Of a stretch of 64,000 nucleotides of DNA, positions 1 to 12,326 are shown in pieces. The position numbers were made by a program, and so were the translations under genes. Source of the stretch: Raja brachyura (Eukaryota); NCBI GenBank assembly GCA_963514005.1, contig OY740783.1, forward strand, positions 6,262,001 through 6,326,000, in the 5' to 3' direction. How positions within the stretch are numbered: the stretch's first letter is position 1; each line of letters begins with the position of its first letter. The notes below the pieces were generated by a model. It was not told the origin of the DNA. It worked only from the letters and a program-made list of their open reading frames with translations, and ran no database searches.

Positions 1-440
1 CCCAATGTTCGCAGGTGACGTTGTAACGTGGTCGGGGAGGGTTTGAATTGAAGATACCCCTCATTAATTTGGACACAAGTTCGTATGATCCTACCCCTAT
101 GCAGAGGTAGGAGGACAGTGCGCTCCTGGCACTGTTGATGGCGCTGTAGCTGAGGTGTTCGTCATGATGCAGCCCTGCGAGAAATTCCAGCACATGTGGT
201 ATCGTGGCAGTCATACGAGATGTTAATCCGTATGCAGTTGGCCTTCCATTTTCTGATTTGTGTCAGGTACTGCCGTCTGGTAGACTCTCTGTACTATGCT
301 CCGATGGTGTCCATGGTCCTTGGTGTGCGTCCATATTGTAGCAGAGGTCTTTTCAAAACCTGCGGTCCAACAGGTTCAGATGACCATGGCATGGATGGTA
401 TTCCCCTGTAGTGGAGTTAGTCACCAAATCTGGGCTCTTG

Positions 441-770
441 TTAAAATGGTTCTTTAATCATCCCAAGGACCACCGGATACCATGGTTGTGTAGGCCAGTC
501 GGGTATTATTAAAATACCTGTTGCAGAATCTGATTTTATTTTCCGCAACACCCGACTGATGAAGCAAAATGGAGGAAATGCATAGAAAAACCATTTCCGC
601 CAGTGCAGCGAGAAAGCGTCCATCGCTATTGCCCCAGGATCTGGTTCCCAAGATACATATGTTGGCATCTGATGGTTCAACCTGGACGCAAAAAGGTCGA
701 TATCCGGTGAACCAAATTTGGCTGTGATTTTTGTAAATATTTGATGATTCAACATCCATTCAGTTATCAT
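441..770 (-). pseudogene. DIRS DNA N6-adenine methyltransferase-like domain (C-terminal part of pol)
   Basis: IDLFASRLN, YAFPPF and PDWPTQPWYP motifs typical of the DIRS MT domain. Confidence 0.8.
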
Positions 771-944
771 TGAATACTCGTGACCTGGTGTCCGCCACTG
801 TATTGAGCTTACCTGGAAGATAGGTAGCTGATATCCAAATATTTTGTTCTATGCACCAGAACCAAATTGAATTTGCCAATTCATCACAAGATATTGACTT
901 GATACCACACATATGATTTAAATATGCCACCACAGTGGTATTGT

Positions 945-2250
945 CTATTTGGAGATGGACATGCGTATCATAGAGGCTTGTACAATAAGCTCGTAACCGT
1001 GAAATGCTCCAAGCATCTCCAAATAATGTATCCCTTGTGATAATAGAAGGGTAGATTCATGTGAGTCCCATCTGCTGCCACAACTGGAAGTAGTGTTGGT
1101 AGCTCCCCAACCCTGGGCGCTTGCGTCAGTTTGTAAAACCACTGACAGGTAAGGCACAATGATGGACTTCAATGAGTTACGAATATTATCAATCCACCAT
1201 TGTAACTCAAATTTTGCCTTGATTGGCAGCTGCATAGGTCTGTCAAAATGTCCAGCATTCATTTTTAATGCTGAAATCTTTGTTCTTTGTAAATTTTGAT
1301 AATGTAAAGGTCCAAATTGGGCAGCTGGAAATGTAGCTACCAATTTCCCAATTACCTTAGCAGTGTGTCTAATTGTCGGTGCACTGGCGCAAACAAGTTC
1401 ATTATATGCTCCAATGATATCCATAGCTTTGTTAGCTGGGATTGAAGCAATCATTTGATTGGTGTCAATCGTGAATCTCAGATAGTCCATAACCTGTGAT
1501 GGGTAGAACTTAGATTTGTCTGGATGGATTACAAACCCCATTTTTTGAAACAATGATGTAGTAGCTGTTACTGCTAAATTTGTTGATTCCATGGTATCTC
1601 CTACTATTAGGATGTCATCCAAATAGGCCATAACTATATGGTTCTGTCTCCTCAGTGTTGCTAACACTGGTTTCAATAATTTGGTAAATAATCTAGGGGC
1701 TGTAGTAAGCCCATTAGGCAGAGCTCTATATTACCACAGCTGATCCATCCAAACAAACTTCAAGAACTCCGGTGATGTTTCCGTATGGATACTGAATAGT
1801 ATGCATCTTTTAAATCGATGCATGCCATGAAGCAACCTCTAGAAAACAGTAATTTGGCTGTTTCAAACGTGTCCATTTTAAAACGGGTATATTGCACAAA
1901 GGTATTCAAATGGGTTAAATCAATGATGATACAACATCCACCATCTTTTTTAGTTTTAGTAAAGATGTTGGATACGAACTCAAGAGGTTCGTGAATCGTT
2001 TTTTTCTATCACCCCTTTTCCTTGTAGCCTCAAAATTTCTACATGTCCTTCCGCTATTTCCTTATGGGAAAGTGCACATTTCCGGTCTGGTACATGTTGA
2101 GGCGGGGGAAATTGTTCATTCATGAACTCAATTTCGTACCCCTGAATACTTTGTAAAATAAACGAGTCTGAAGTGATAGAACTCCATGCATCCCCAAAAA
2201 AACCTCAATCTCCCACCAATTTGCGAGGTTACACATGCAACTCGTGCATG
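945..2250 (-). pseudogene. DIRS reverse transcriptase/RNase H, frameshifted
   Basis: QIGGRLRFF start, HIVMAYLDDILI and LQTDASAQGWG motifs. Confidence 0.88.
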
Positions 2251-2663
2251 AGAACCAGACCGCCTTACCTCCATGGTTAGCCGCGGGCCTTGACATTTTT
2301 GGTGTTTCGTGGAGGTGCTTGGTTTTGGGTTTGACGCATCTTCCACGCCGGCCGCTGAGGGCCTTGTCCTTAAAAAGGCTTCTGCTGTTGTTGTTGATGT
2401 TGATGTTGTGGTGCTGCCGGCGTGCAGGTCCTTGCTAGCCTATCGGGTGGCCCCCGAGGTCTTGAACATGGCAATCGGCATATTGGGCAGGTCTTCCCCA
2501 AACAACTGTCTCGGCGGTGGCGTCGAGGACGCTTTGCATAATCCCGCGAACTTCGGGTTGAGGGTCGGCTTTATGGTGATCTTCCGGAATGCATTAATCT
2601 CGTATTGAGTATTACATAATAGAGCAAGAGCATCCTCTTGCTCTGTAGTCAGTTCCGTCCCAT

Positions 2664-4037
2664 CTACCGACCTGGCAAAAGTGACGTGAGCAGCTTCAGG
2701 ATTTTTTGCAATTTCAACTCCTGTGCTCTAATCCCCGAGCTGATTTTGCCCCAAATGGGTGTGTTTACTGTGGGCACATTAAATGAATTACAGTTGTTTG
2801 GGGCCTTGTACTGGTTCATTGCCTCAGTAAGGACCTGTTCTTGCAGCTGGTGGGTGGCGAGGAAGTCTAAGCTAGCTGCCAATTTGGGCTGTAGAGGTTG
2901 ACCCGAGGGCTTCGGGTGGGAGAACTTGGAGACAACTCCTAGAAGTTCTTCCTGGGCCTGTTCAGGCACCGCAGGTTCCTGCTGTAACCCTTCTTCCTCT
3001 TCCCCCAGCTGCTGATCCCTGGCACTCCCCACCGATGATGGGGATATGCTGGGGGCCCCAGCCACATATCTCCTTGAACTAGAGGACATAGGGTCCTGCT
3101 GCTGGAGATTGTGTTCCAGGAGACGCTCCATCATGCGCTCCATGCGTTCAATGCGACCGCCGCCGACATATGCGGACGACAAGTCGGCTTCCTCAGGTTA
3201 TGGGGAATCCCTGAGGCTCCTGTCATCAGCCCGCACCTCGCCGAGGTGATAACACGGGTGCCGTGACAGGATGTCGCTGCCTGCCGCTGCTGCGGGGCTA
3301 GGCGACTCCCGCGTGGACCTGCCGCTGGTCCGTCGTCTTCCAGACGGAGGCGGCCCGCTGGTCTGAAAGGACATAAGCGGTGATAGGTCGGTTCCGAGCG
3401 TCAAAGCGTGTTGCCCCGACGTCCGCGCGGGCTTGCCGCCTGTCCTCCTTAGGGACGAAGGCGACGTTCGGTCACGTCCTGCCGCTAAAGGGGGGTGCGG
3501 TGACCGAGATGAGACTGCACCGGCCCGCGATCTGGCAGGCTCCCCCGGTGGTGAGTCTATGCCGGCCGCACCTGCGGGGCTAGTAGACCCCGGTCTCGAT
3601 CCCTCACCGGTCCGCAGTCTGGCGGCCAGCTCCGGTGGAAAGTCGACCCCGGCTCCTTCAGCGGGGCTCACCGACTGGCATATGGCTCTTTCCCTGGTTC
3701 GCCCTCTGGTGACCTGAATGGCTGGGGAGAGAGAACGTGCCGTCGAGCGGGTAATACGCCTACGCATTTTAGCCATGCTGCCCCTATGTGTAGGGGACAG
3801 TGGCAAGGAGTCAGGGTCTTGCCTACCCTGCTCCTGCGCGGTGCTCCTTCCACTCTGCTGCTCTAAAGACAGCTGTGGTGGAGAGTCGGGTCCCGTTGGT
3901 GCAGGGCTTCCCGACGTCCGTGCCCGTTTCCCGGCCCGACGAGCGGGTGCTGCCGTTGTAGCGGGCAGCTCCGGGGTATGCAGCCGCTGACTCCTATCGG
4001 AAGTCCTGCGGTTAGAAATGCTCTTACTCCTGTCCAT
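2664..4037 (-). pseudogene. DIRS gag-like ORF1, disrupted
   Basis: Two consecutive ORFs (3198-4037, 2664-3182). The C-terminal IRAQELKLQKILKL segment matches the decayed gag of DIRS copy B near 22285. Confidence 0.7.
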
Positions 4038-4236
4038 CGTTCCTGTGAAACAAACAAGTTTTCCCCACAGGAACTAACCAACTCAAGGATTGTTCCCCTT
4101 ACCTGAGCGGTCCTTTTGAAGGGCTGGTGGTGGAGCACACTCCTCCTCCAGCCGTCGACAGCAACTGCGAGCAACGATATGTGGCGCATGCGTGTTGGCG
4201 GGGTCTTCACAAAGTCACTCACGTGACTCCGAAATG

Positions 4237-5930
4237 AGACCAGGTTCCTGAACTTAAAGAAAGGTAACTTTGATGGTAAGACAAGGGAATTGACTGGGAT
4301 AGACTGGTAAATTATACTTAACGGATTGACGGTGGAGATGCAATGGCAAAGATTTAAAGATCACACGGATCAATTACACCGATTGTTCATCCCTGTCTGG
4401 CGTAAAAATAAAACAGGGAAGGCGGCTCAACTGTGGCTAATGAGGGAAATTAGGGACAGTGTTAAATCCAAGGAAAATGCACATAAATTGGCTGGAGGAA
4501 GCAGCAAACCGGAGGACTGGGAGAACTCAGAGGAGGATGAAGGGGTTAATTAAGAGGGGAAAAAAGAGCAAGAAAGAAAGCTTGCGGGGAATATAAAAAC
4601 TGACTTAAAAGCTTATTTAGATATGTGGAGGAAGAGATTAGTGAATATAGGTCCCATACAGTCAGATACTGGTAAATTTATAATGGGAAACAAGGAAATG
4701 GCAGAAGAGTTAAATGAGTACTTTGGTTCTGTCTTCACTAAGGAAGACACAAACAATCTCCCAGGAATATTAGGGGACCGAGGATGTAGTGCGAGGGAGG
4801 AACTGAAAGGAATCTACATTAGTCAGGAAATGGTGTTAGGAAATGGTGTTAGGGACTGAAGGCAGATAAATCCCAGGGCCTGGTGGTCTGTATCCCAGAG
4901 TACTCAAGGAAGTGGCCCTAGAAATCGTGGATGCATTGGTGACCATTTTCCAATGTTCTCTCAACTCTGGATCAGTTCCTGTGGACTGGAGGGTAGCCAA
5001 TGCAACCCCACTGTTTAAGAAAGGAGGGAGAGAGAAAACGGGGAATTATAGACAAGTTACCCTGACATCAACAGTGGGGAAGATGCTCGAGTCGATTATT
5101 AAAGGTTATAGCAGCACATTTGGAAAGCAGTGACAGGATCGGTCAAAGTTAGCATGGAGTTATGAAGGTAGACAAAAATACTGGAGAAACTCAGCGGATG
5201 AGGTAGCATCTATGGAGCGAAGGAATAGGTGACATTTTGGGTCGAGACCCTTTTTCAGTTATGAAGGGTAAATCATGCTTGACTAATCTTCTGGAATTAT
5301 TTGAGGATGTAACAAGTAGAATGGATAAGGGAGAGCCAGTGGATCTGGTGTATCTGGACTTTCAAAAAGCCTTTGACAAGGTCCCACACAAGAGATTAGT
5401 TTGCAAAATTAGAGCAATGCAAAGAATGCAGCAATAAACTATTTTAAAACTAAACCAGATACTAAGCAGGCAGGTACAGCAAACAGTGACGAGGAAACAA
5501 AATTCACCCAGAGAGTTTTGAATCTGTGGAATTCTCTGCCTCAGAAAGCAGTGGAGGCAAGTTCACTGGATGTTTTCAAGAGCGAGCTAGATTTAGCTCT
5601 ATTGCTAAAGGAATCGGGGGATATGGGGAAAAAGCAGGAATGGGATACTAATTTTGGATGACCAGCCATGATCATATTGAAAACTTTTTCACACGGAGTT
5701 GTGAGTCTGTGGAATTCTCTGCCTCAGAGGGCGGTGGAGGCCGGTTCTCTGGATACTTTCAAGAGAGAGCTAGATAGAGCTCTTAAAGATAGTGGAGTCA
5801 GGGGATATGGGGAGAAGGCAGAAAAGGGGTACTGATTGAGGGTGATCAGCCATGATCACATTGAATGGCGGTGCTGGCTCAAGGGGCCGAAAGACCTCCT
5901 CCTGCACCTATTTTTCAATGTTTCTATGTT
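4237..5930 (+). mobile_element. Degenerate CR1 LINE ORF2 with internal deletion and two tandem 3' ends
   Basis: [20 protein letters not shown] and [13 protein letters not shown] motifs; CR1 3' UTR ending in a TTTCTATG-type tail. Confidence 0.85.
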
Positions 5931-6537
5931 AACCAATCTGCAGTGCAGTTTCCCAGCTGAGGATCCTGCTGGAATCTTTGATAACCATCTTCACTATCTA
6001 AACTTCCACCCACTTTAGTTTCATCTACAAACTTATCATGCCTTGAGTATTCTCATCCAAATAGTTAATATAAACCACCAACAGCAATGGGCCGAGCACC
6101 GATCCCTGAGGCACAACACGTAAGCTTGACTTGATTGTACTTGATGTTGACTCATGTATGTATAGTAATGCGAGATCTGTTTGGACTGCAAAAAAACAAA
6201 GCTTTTCACAGTACATCATTACACACGACAGCTCGCTCATTCGCTCGTGTGCCAGACGACGCGTAGCTCGCTGTTGTCTTCTGTCGTCGTCCAACGTTGA
6301 CAGAATTGGTCACCGGACGCGTCACAGAGTTCACCAACGTGTCGTCGTTTCTGGGGATCGCCGCGAGGAGGCTTCTGTCACGACCCCCACACATGGCAGT
6401 AATAACGCTAAACTAAAGTTGCTCCTCATTCCCAGTTTATGAGTTTGGAAGGATTTGGTGACAGACGTTTGTGTGACTGCCATGATCTCATAAGGACCAG
6501 GATGGTGGGATGTCCCACGGGATCACCAGTCAAGTCA

Positions 6538-7415
6538 ATAGACAATGGACAATAGGTGCAGGAGTAGGTTCTTTTGGCCCTTGGAACCAGCACCGCCATT
6601 CAATGTGATCATGGCTGATCATCCCCAATCAGTACTACCAACCAGCTCCTCCCTCATGGCCCCATAGTCCCCTTTATTCAACTGCAACATTGACACCCCC
6701 GATCTACTCTTCTCCCTCTCCAATTGTAGATTAAACCCGACCATGTTATGGTCACTGCTTCCTAATGGCTCATTAACCTCGAGGTCCTTTATCAAATCTG
6801 GTTCATTACATAACACTAAATCCAGAATTGCCTTCTCCCTGTTAGACTCCAATACAAGCTGGTCAAAGAATCCATCATGAAGGCACTCTACAAAGTCCCT
6901 TTCTTGGGGTCCAGTACCAACCTGATTTTCCCAGTCTACCTGCATGTTGAAATCTCCCATAACAACCACAGCATTACTTTTACTACATGCCAATTTTCAC
7001 TCCTGATTCAACTTGCGCCCTATATCCAGGCTACTGTTTGGGGCCTGTAGATTAGTCCCATTAGGGTCTTTTTACCCTTACAATTCCTTCGTTCTATCCA
7101 TACTGACTCCACGTCTCCTGTTTCAATCCCACCCCTCGCAAGGGACTGAATTTCATTCCTCACCACCAGGGCAATCCCACCCCTTCTGCCCACCTGTCTG
7201 TCTTTTCGATAGGAGGTATACCCTTGAATATTCAGTTCCCAGCCCTGGCCCTCTTGCAGCCATGTCTCAGTAATTCCCACAACATCATACTTGCCAATTT
7301 CTAACTGAGCCTCAAGCTCGTCCAATTTATTTCTTATACTTTGCGCATTCATATACAACACTTTGACCTCCGTATTCACTTCCCCCCTCGCTATTGGCCC
7401 TGACCTTACTCTGTT
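6538..7415 (-). mobile_element. CR1 fragment (endonuclease region joined to 3' end)
   Basis: YMNAQSIRNK, ITETWL, MGDFN and SDHN apurinic endonuclease motifs. Confidence 0.85.
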
Positions 7416-7569
7416 GTCCATCGCAAGCTTTCCTTCCCATTAATTCGAGAATCTTTTGTAATATTTTCTGTAGCCACTCAGCTTCAAGTCAAGTCAGGTC
7501 AAGTGTTTCCTGGTTGTTCTGTGTTGGGGGTGCAGAACGATTTGGCTTCAGCAATGAGATCACAAAGCC

Positions 7570-8220
7570 AATGGATTGCTAGCTTTCATAGCAAAAGGAT
7601 TTGAGTATAGGAGCAGGGAGGTTCTACTTCAGTTGTACAGGGTCTTGGTGAGACCACACCTGGAGTATTGCGTACAGTTCTGGTCTCCAAATCTGAGGAA
7701 GGACATTATTGCCATAGAGGGAGTGTAGAGAAGGTTCACCAGACTGATTCCTGGGATGTCAGGACTGTCTTATGAAGAAAGACCGGATAGACTCGGTTTA
7801 TACTCTCTAGAATTTAGGAGATTGAGAGGGGATCTTATAGAAACTTACAAATTCTTAAGGGGTTGGACAGGCTAGATGCAGGAAGATTGTTCCCGATGTT
7901 GGGGTGGTCCAGGACAAGGGATCACAGCTTAAGGATAAGGGGGAAATCCTTTAGGACCGAGATGAGAAGGACTTTTTTCACACAGAGAGTGGTGGGTCTC
8001 TGGAACTCTCTGCCACAGAGGGTAGTTGAGGCCAGTTCATTGGTTATATTTAAGAGGGAGTTAGATGTGGCCCTTGTGGCTAAGGGGATCACAGGGTATG
8101 GAGAGAAGGCAGGTACGGGATACTGAGTTGGATGATCAGCCATGATCACATTGAATGGCGGTGCAGGATCGAAGGGCCGAATGGCCTACTCCTGCACCTA
8201 ATTTTTATGTTTCTATGTTT
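7570..8220 (+). mobile_element. 5'-truncated CR1 3' fragment
   Basis: Near-identical to the 3' end of the CR1 at 39910-40555. Confidence 0.9.
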
Positions 8221-8698
8221 GGAATTTCCAGTTGGTGATGTTTATCTGTACGCTCTGTCTCACATGAATAGGCCACACCTTAAACACAGTGATTGTTTTA
8301 GATGGGGCAGAGATTGACATTTGACAATGCAGGAACCGAGTTATTTTTAGATGTAAATGGAACAAGGCTCAATGTTTCCCGCGCACGCTGCGCCACCTTT
8401 GTGTGAGCGGTAAGTTACATCATTGGAATGTGTTCTGCATCGTCGGGAGAATGTACTCCAGTGATTGTAAATGCAAAGACCGATTCCAATGCAGAAACTT
8501 CACTTGAATGTAATGGACGTGATCATGTCAGCTGTGAAAATGAACAAAGGCAGCAGATACTTCACGGAGCAGTCATGCCCACCCTGAACTCTAAAAGGTC
8601 CCAGAATCGCCTTCATCAACGATGGGCAGAGTGGTCCATGCCCCCAGCACCACCACAGGACGTGAATCCCCAATGGCAACCACTGTGCAAAGGGCTTT

Positions 8699-8955
8699 GT
8701 GTAGGAAGGAACTGCAGATGCTGGATTAAACCCAAGGCAGACACGACAAGCTGGAGTAACTCAGTGGGACAGGCAGCATATCTGGAGACAAGGAGTGGTG
8801 ATGTTTCGTGTCGAAACCCTTCTTCAGTGTAACTCGGCCCAAAAACATCACCCATTGATCAGTCTGAAGAAGGGTCTCAACCTGAAACGTCACCCATTCC
8901 TTCTCTCCAGAGATGCTGCCTGTCCCACTGAGTTACTCCAGTTTTGTGTAGAAGG
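8699..8955. repeat. Inverted pair of Penelope-type terminal repeats with hammerhead-ribozyme-like cores
   Basis: Arms GCTGGAGTAACTCAGTGGGACAGGCAGCAT and its reverse complement. CTGAAGA-stem-GAAACGTC core at 8864-8891 (+) and about 8800-8827 (-). Confidence 0.6.
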
Positions 8956-9089
8956 GTTTAGTCTTCTTTCTCTTACACCCCCCCACCCACAACATAAACA
9001 ACCTCCCACCTTCCAGTCTGTCCCGATTCCTTATCATGCTGGACACAGGACCTCCCCAGGTAAGAGCAGGCCTGGTTCTTGTAAATAGT

Positions 9090-9930
9090 TTATAATCCGA
9101 GCATAGTTATACAGCATGGACACAGGCCCTTCGGCCCAACTTGCACATGCCGACCAAAATACCATCAACACTAATCCCACCTGCCCGCGTTTGGCTCATA
9201 TCCCTCCTGTTCATTTCCTGTCCATATGTTTTGTTAAATGTTGTGATAGTACCTGCTTCAACCACCTCCTCTGGCAGCTCGCTCCATACACCCACCACCC
9301 TCTGTGTGAAAAAGTTGCCCCTCGGGTTCTTTTGTCCCTCACATTAAACCTCTGACCTCAGATTTTTGATTTCCCTGCTCTGGGTAAAAAACTCTGTGCC
9401 TTTATGCTATCTATTCCTCTCATGATCTTACACACCACTATAACCTCACCCCTCATCCTCCTGCGCTCCAAGGAGTAAAGTCCTAGCATGCTCAACCTCT
9501 GCTTGTGGCTCAAGGCCTCGAGTCCTGGCAACATCCTTGTAAATATTTCCCTCATAATCTATGCACCTCTATAAAATCGCCCCTCATTCACTTGAGTTCT
9601 CAATGGGTTTCGTTTCAGCCCTTCTTAAATAGAGGCAGAGCATTATCTATCCCAGTGTCTTCTGGCACCCCGCCCGTATCTAATGATCACTCCTACATCG
9701 CAGCCAACATGCCTGCAATTATCTCCCTAGCTTCCCAGTGTCCTCGGATATATCTGACCAGGCGTGGGAGATTGTCTCCCTTCATAACCGTTTGGACTAT
9801 CAGCATTTCTTCGACTGTATGACTGCTCACCAGAGACTTCATTCAACTGTTCCATGTTCCCCAGTCCACATGTCTTTTTCCACAGTAAAATCAGAGGAGA
9901 AATACTCATTGAAGACCTTGCCTATCTCAT
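9090..9930 (-). mobile_element. Old CR1 fragments
   Basis: LGLYSLERRRMRG and 3' UTR similarity. Confidence 0.7.
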
Positions 9931-9939
9931 GTGGCTATT

Positions 9940-10105
9940 AGAGTTTAGACTTTGGAGAAACAGTTTGGAAACATGCCCTTCGGCCCATCGGGTCCATGCT
10001 GACCAATGATCACCCATACGTCAGCACTATCCTACACACTGGGGACAATTTACAGAAGCCAATTACCCTACAAACCTGCACGTCCTTGGAGTGTGGGTGG
10101 AAACC
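9940..10105 (-). mobile_element. Partial HE1/V-SINE
   Basis: Reverse complement of the SINE body at 52229-52500 (GTGCAGGTTTGTAGG..AATTGGCTTCTGTAAATTGTCC). Confidence 0.65.
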
Positions 10106-10114
10106 ATCTCATCC

Positions 10115-10484
10115 TCCTCCATCCTTCTCCATCATGGTCTGGTTTGGCTCAGCCACCAAGCACGACACCTGGAGGCTGCAGCGAATCGTCCGATCAGCAG
10201 AGAAGGTTGTTGGCTGCAACCTTCCCTCCATTGATGAACTGTACACTGCAAGGGCCAGGAAGCGAGTGGGCAAGATCATCTCTGACCCCTCTCACCCTGG
10301 CCACAAACTCTTTGAATCACTTCCCTCTGGAAGGCGACTCCGGACTGCCAAATCTGCCACAGCCTGACATAAAAACAGTTTTTATCCACGAGTAGTTGCT
10401 CTACTCAACAGCCAAAAATCTGTAGCCTCCTTTTGATCTGGTATTTTGTTGGTTCACATGCTTGATCAATGGTGTTTTATCATT
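10115..10484 (+). mobile_element. Rex1/Babar LINE 3' fragment
   Basis: VWFGS..LQRIVRSAEKVVG..DPSHPGH..LPSGRR C-terminal motif. Confidence 0.8.
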
Positions 10485-11418
10485 AATAGTAAGATTAAAT
10501 GAGAACTTACCAGTTTGAAGTTTGATCTTTATTTTATGAGGAGTTACGATGAGGGACTACGTGAAGAACCCAGTCCAGCCGCAAGTGCGTCAATCTTCAA
10601 AGCAGCGGTATGAAATCACAGGTAATAGTGACTGAAGTACAATACTAAGATAACAGAAGACTAGAACTACAGATTACATTCATGAGGGTTGGGAGCGGAG
10701 GGCACATAGTCCATCATCGTAACTCCTCATAAAATAAAGATCAACTTCAAACTGGTAAGTTCTCATTTAATCTTACTAATTTACTTCGGAGTCACGTGAG
10801 TGACTACGTGAAGATTTCAAAGCTCTGTGATTTCATGCCGCAGATTTAAATCCCGGTCCCTCACTGCATTGATTGACTCAACATGATTAAATAATCAATA
10901 ATGCATCAATCATAACATTGCTTAAACGAATTAACGGTTTATTTTTACAAAGAAAATAGCAAACCTTCTATCCAAGGGGGAAACTATATAACTGAATTTA
11001 AAACAGAATCAGCAAATACCCCCAGCCTTGCAATTGGCTTATGATAAAATCTCTGGAACATCAACTCACTGGACCATCCTGCGGCCGTGAAGATATGGTC
11101 TATAGGAATGTCCATCGCCCTGGCCGCTGATGTTGATGCCGCCCTGGTGGAATGAGATTTAAATTTATCAGTATCAATCCCAGCGCTCACCAGAACCTGC
11201 TTTAGCCACCTTGAAATTGTTTGCACCGACACCTTACTGTGTGTTTTTTTTGGGGTAATAAACAATCCTGACTCTGTTCCTCTTAGGGTTCTGGTAGACT
11301 TAATGTAATGGGACAAATACGATACTACACACAGGTGGGAATCCTTTGGGTATGCCGAAAATACAATCTTACACCCTGTCACCCCTATTCTACTCCGCTT
11401 GAGCAGAAGTACTGACAC
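10485..11418 (-). mobile_element. DIRS 3' fragment (copy D): tyrosine recombinase C-terminus, ICR and right terminal repeat
   Basis: HSTRAASTS..AAGWSS..FQRFYHKP catalytic H-x-x-R and Y. Inverted repeat about 10488-10555 / 10713-10778 adjoining the TTCGGAGTCACGTG junction sequence. Confidence 0.9.
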
Positions 11419-12326
11419 TTTTGAAAAATGTCAAAGTGGAAAAGTCTCCAGGTCCTGACAGGATATTCCCTAGGACATTGAGGGAAGTTAGTGTAGAACT
11501 AGCAGGGGCTATGACAGAAATATTTCAAATGTCATTAGAAACTGGAATAGTGCCGGAGGATTGGCATACTGCGCATGTTGTTCCATTGTTTAAAAAGGGT
11601 TCAAAGAATAAACCTAGCAATTATAGACCTGTTAGTTTGACTTCAGTGGTGGGCAAATTAATGGAAAGGATACTTAGAGATAATATATATAAGCATCTGG
11701 ATAAACGGGGTCTGATCAAGAACAGTCAACATGGATTTGTGCCTGGAAGGTCATGTTTGACAAGCCTTCTTGAATTTTTTGAAGAGGTTACTAGGGAAAT
11801 TGATGAGGGTAAAGCAGTGGATGGTGTCTATATGGATTTCAGTAAGGCCTTTGACAAGGTTCCCCATGGAAGGTTGGTTAAGAAGGTTCAATCTTTGGGT
11901 GTTAATGGCGGAGTAGCAAGATGGATTCAACAGTGGCTGAATGGGAGATGCCAGAGAGTAATGGTGGATGGCTGTTTGTCAGGGTGGAAGCCGGTGACCA
12001 GTGGGGTGCCTCAGGGATATGTGTTGGGTCCACGGTTGTTTGTCATGTACATCAATGATCTAGATGATGGGGTGGAAAATTGGATAAGTAAGTATGCAGA
12101 TGATACTAAGATAGGTGGTGCTGTGGATAATGAAGTAGATTTTCAAAGTCTACAGAGAGATTTGGGACATTTGGAAGAGTGGGCTAAAAGATGGCAGTTG
12201 GAGTTTAATGCTGATAAGTGTGAGGTGCTACATCTTGGCAGGAGAAATCAAAATAGGACGTACATGGTAAATGGTAGGGAATTGAGGAATGCTGTGGAAC
12301 AGAGGGATCTAGGAATAACTGTGCAT

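Larger units (their letters stand above)
1..4236 (-). mobile_element. DIRS1-type tyrosine-recombinase retrotransposon (copy A), 3' part runs off the window
   Basis: Left terminus (minus strand ATTTCGGAGTCACGTGAGTGAC) is shared with the other DIRS copies. It is followed by gag-like ORFs (4037-2664), RT (AYLDD)/RNaseH (TDAS) at about 2250-800, a methyltransferase-like domain (770-441) and the start of the recombinase ORF. Confidence 0.92.

Noticed and set aside
441-770. Bacterial or phage adenine methyltransferase by horizontal transfer
   Set aside because: The MT-like domain is a standard component of DIRS1-type pol and recurs in copies B and C.
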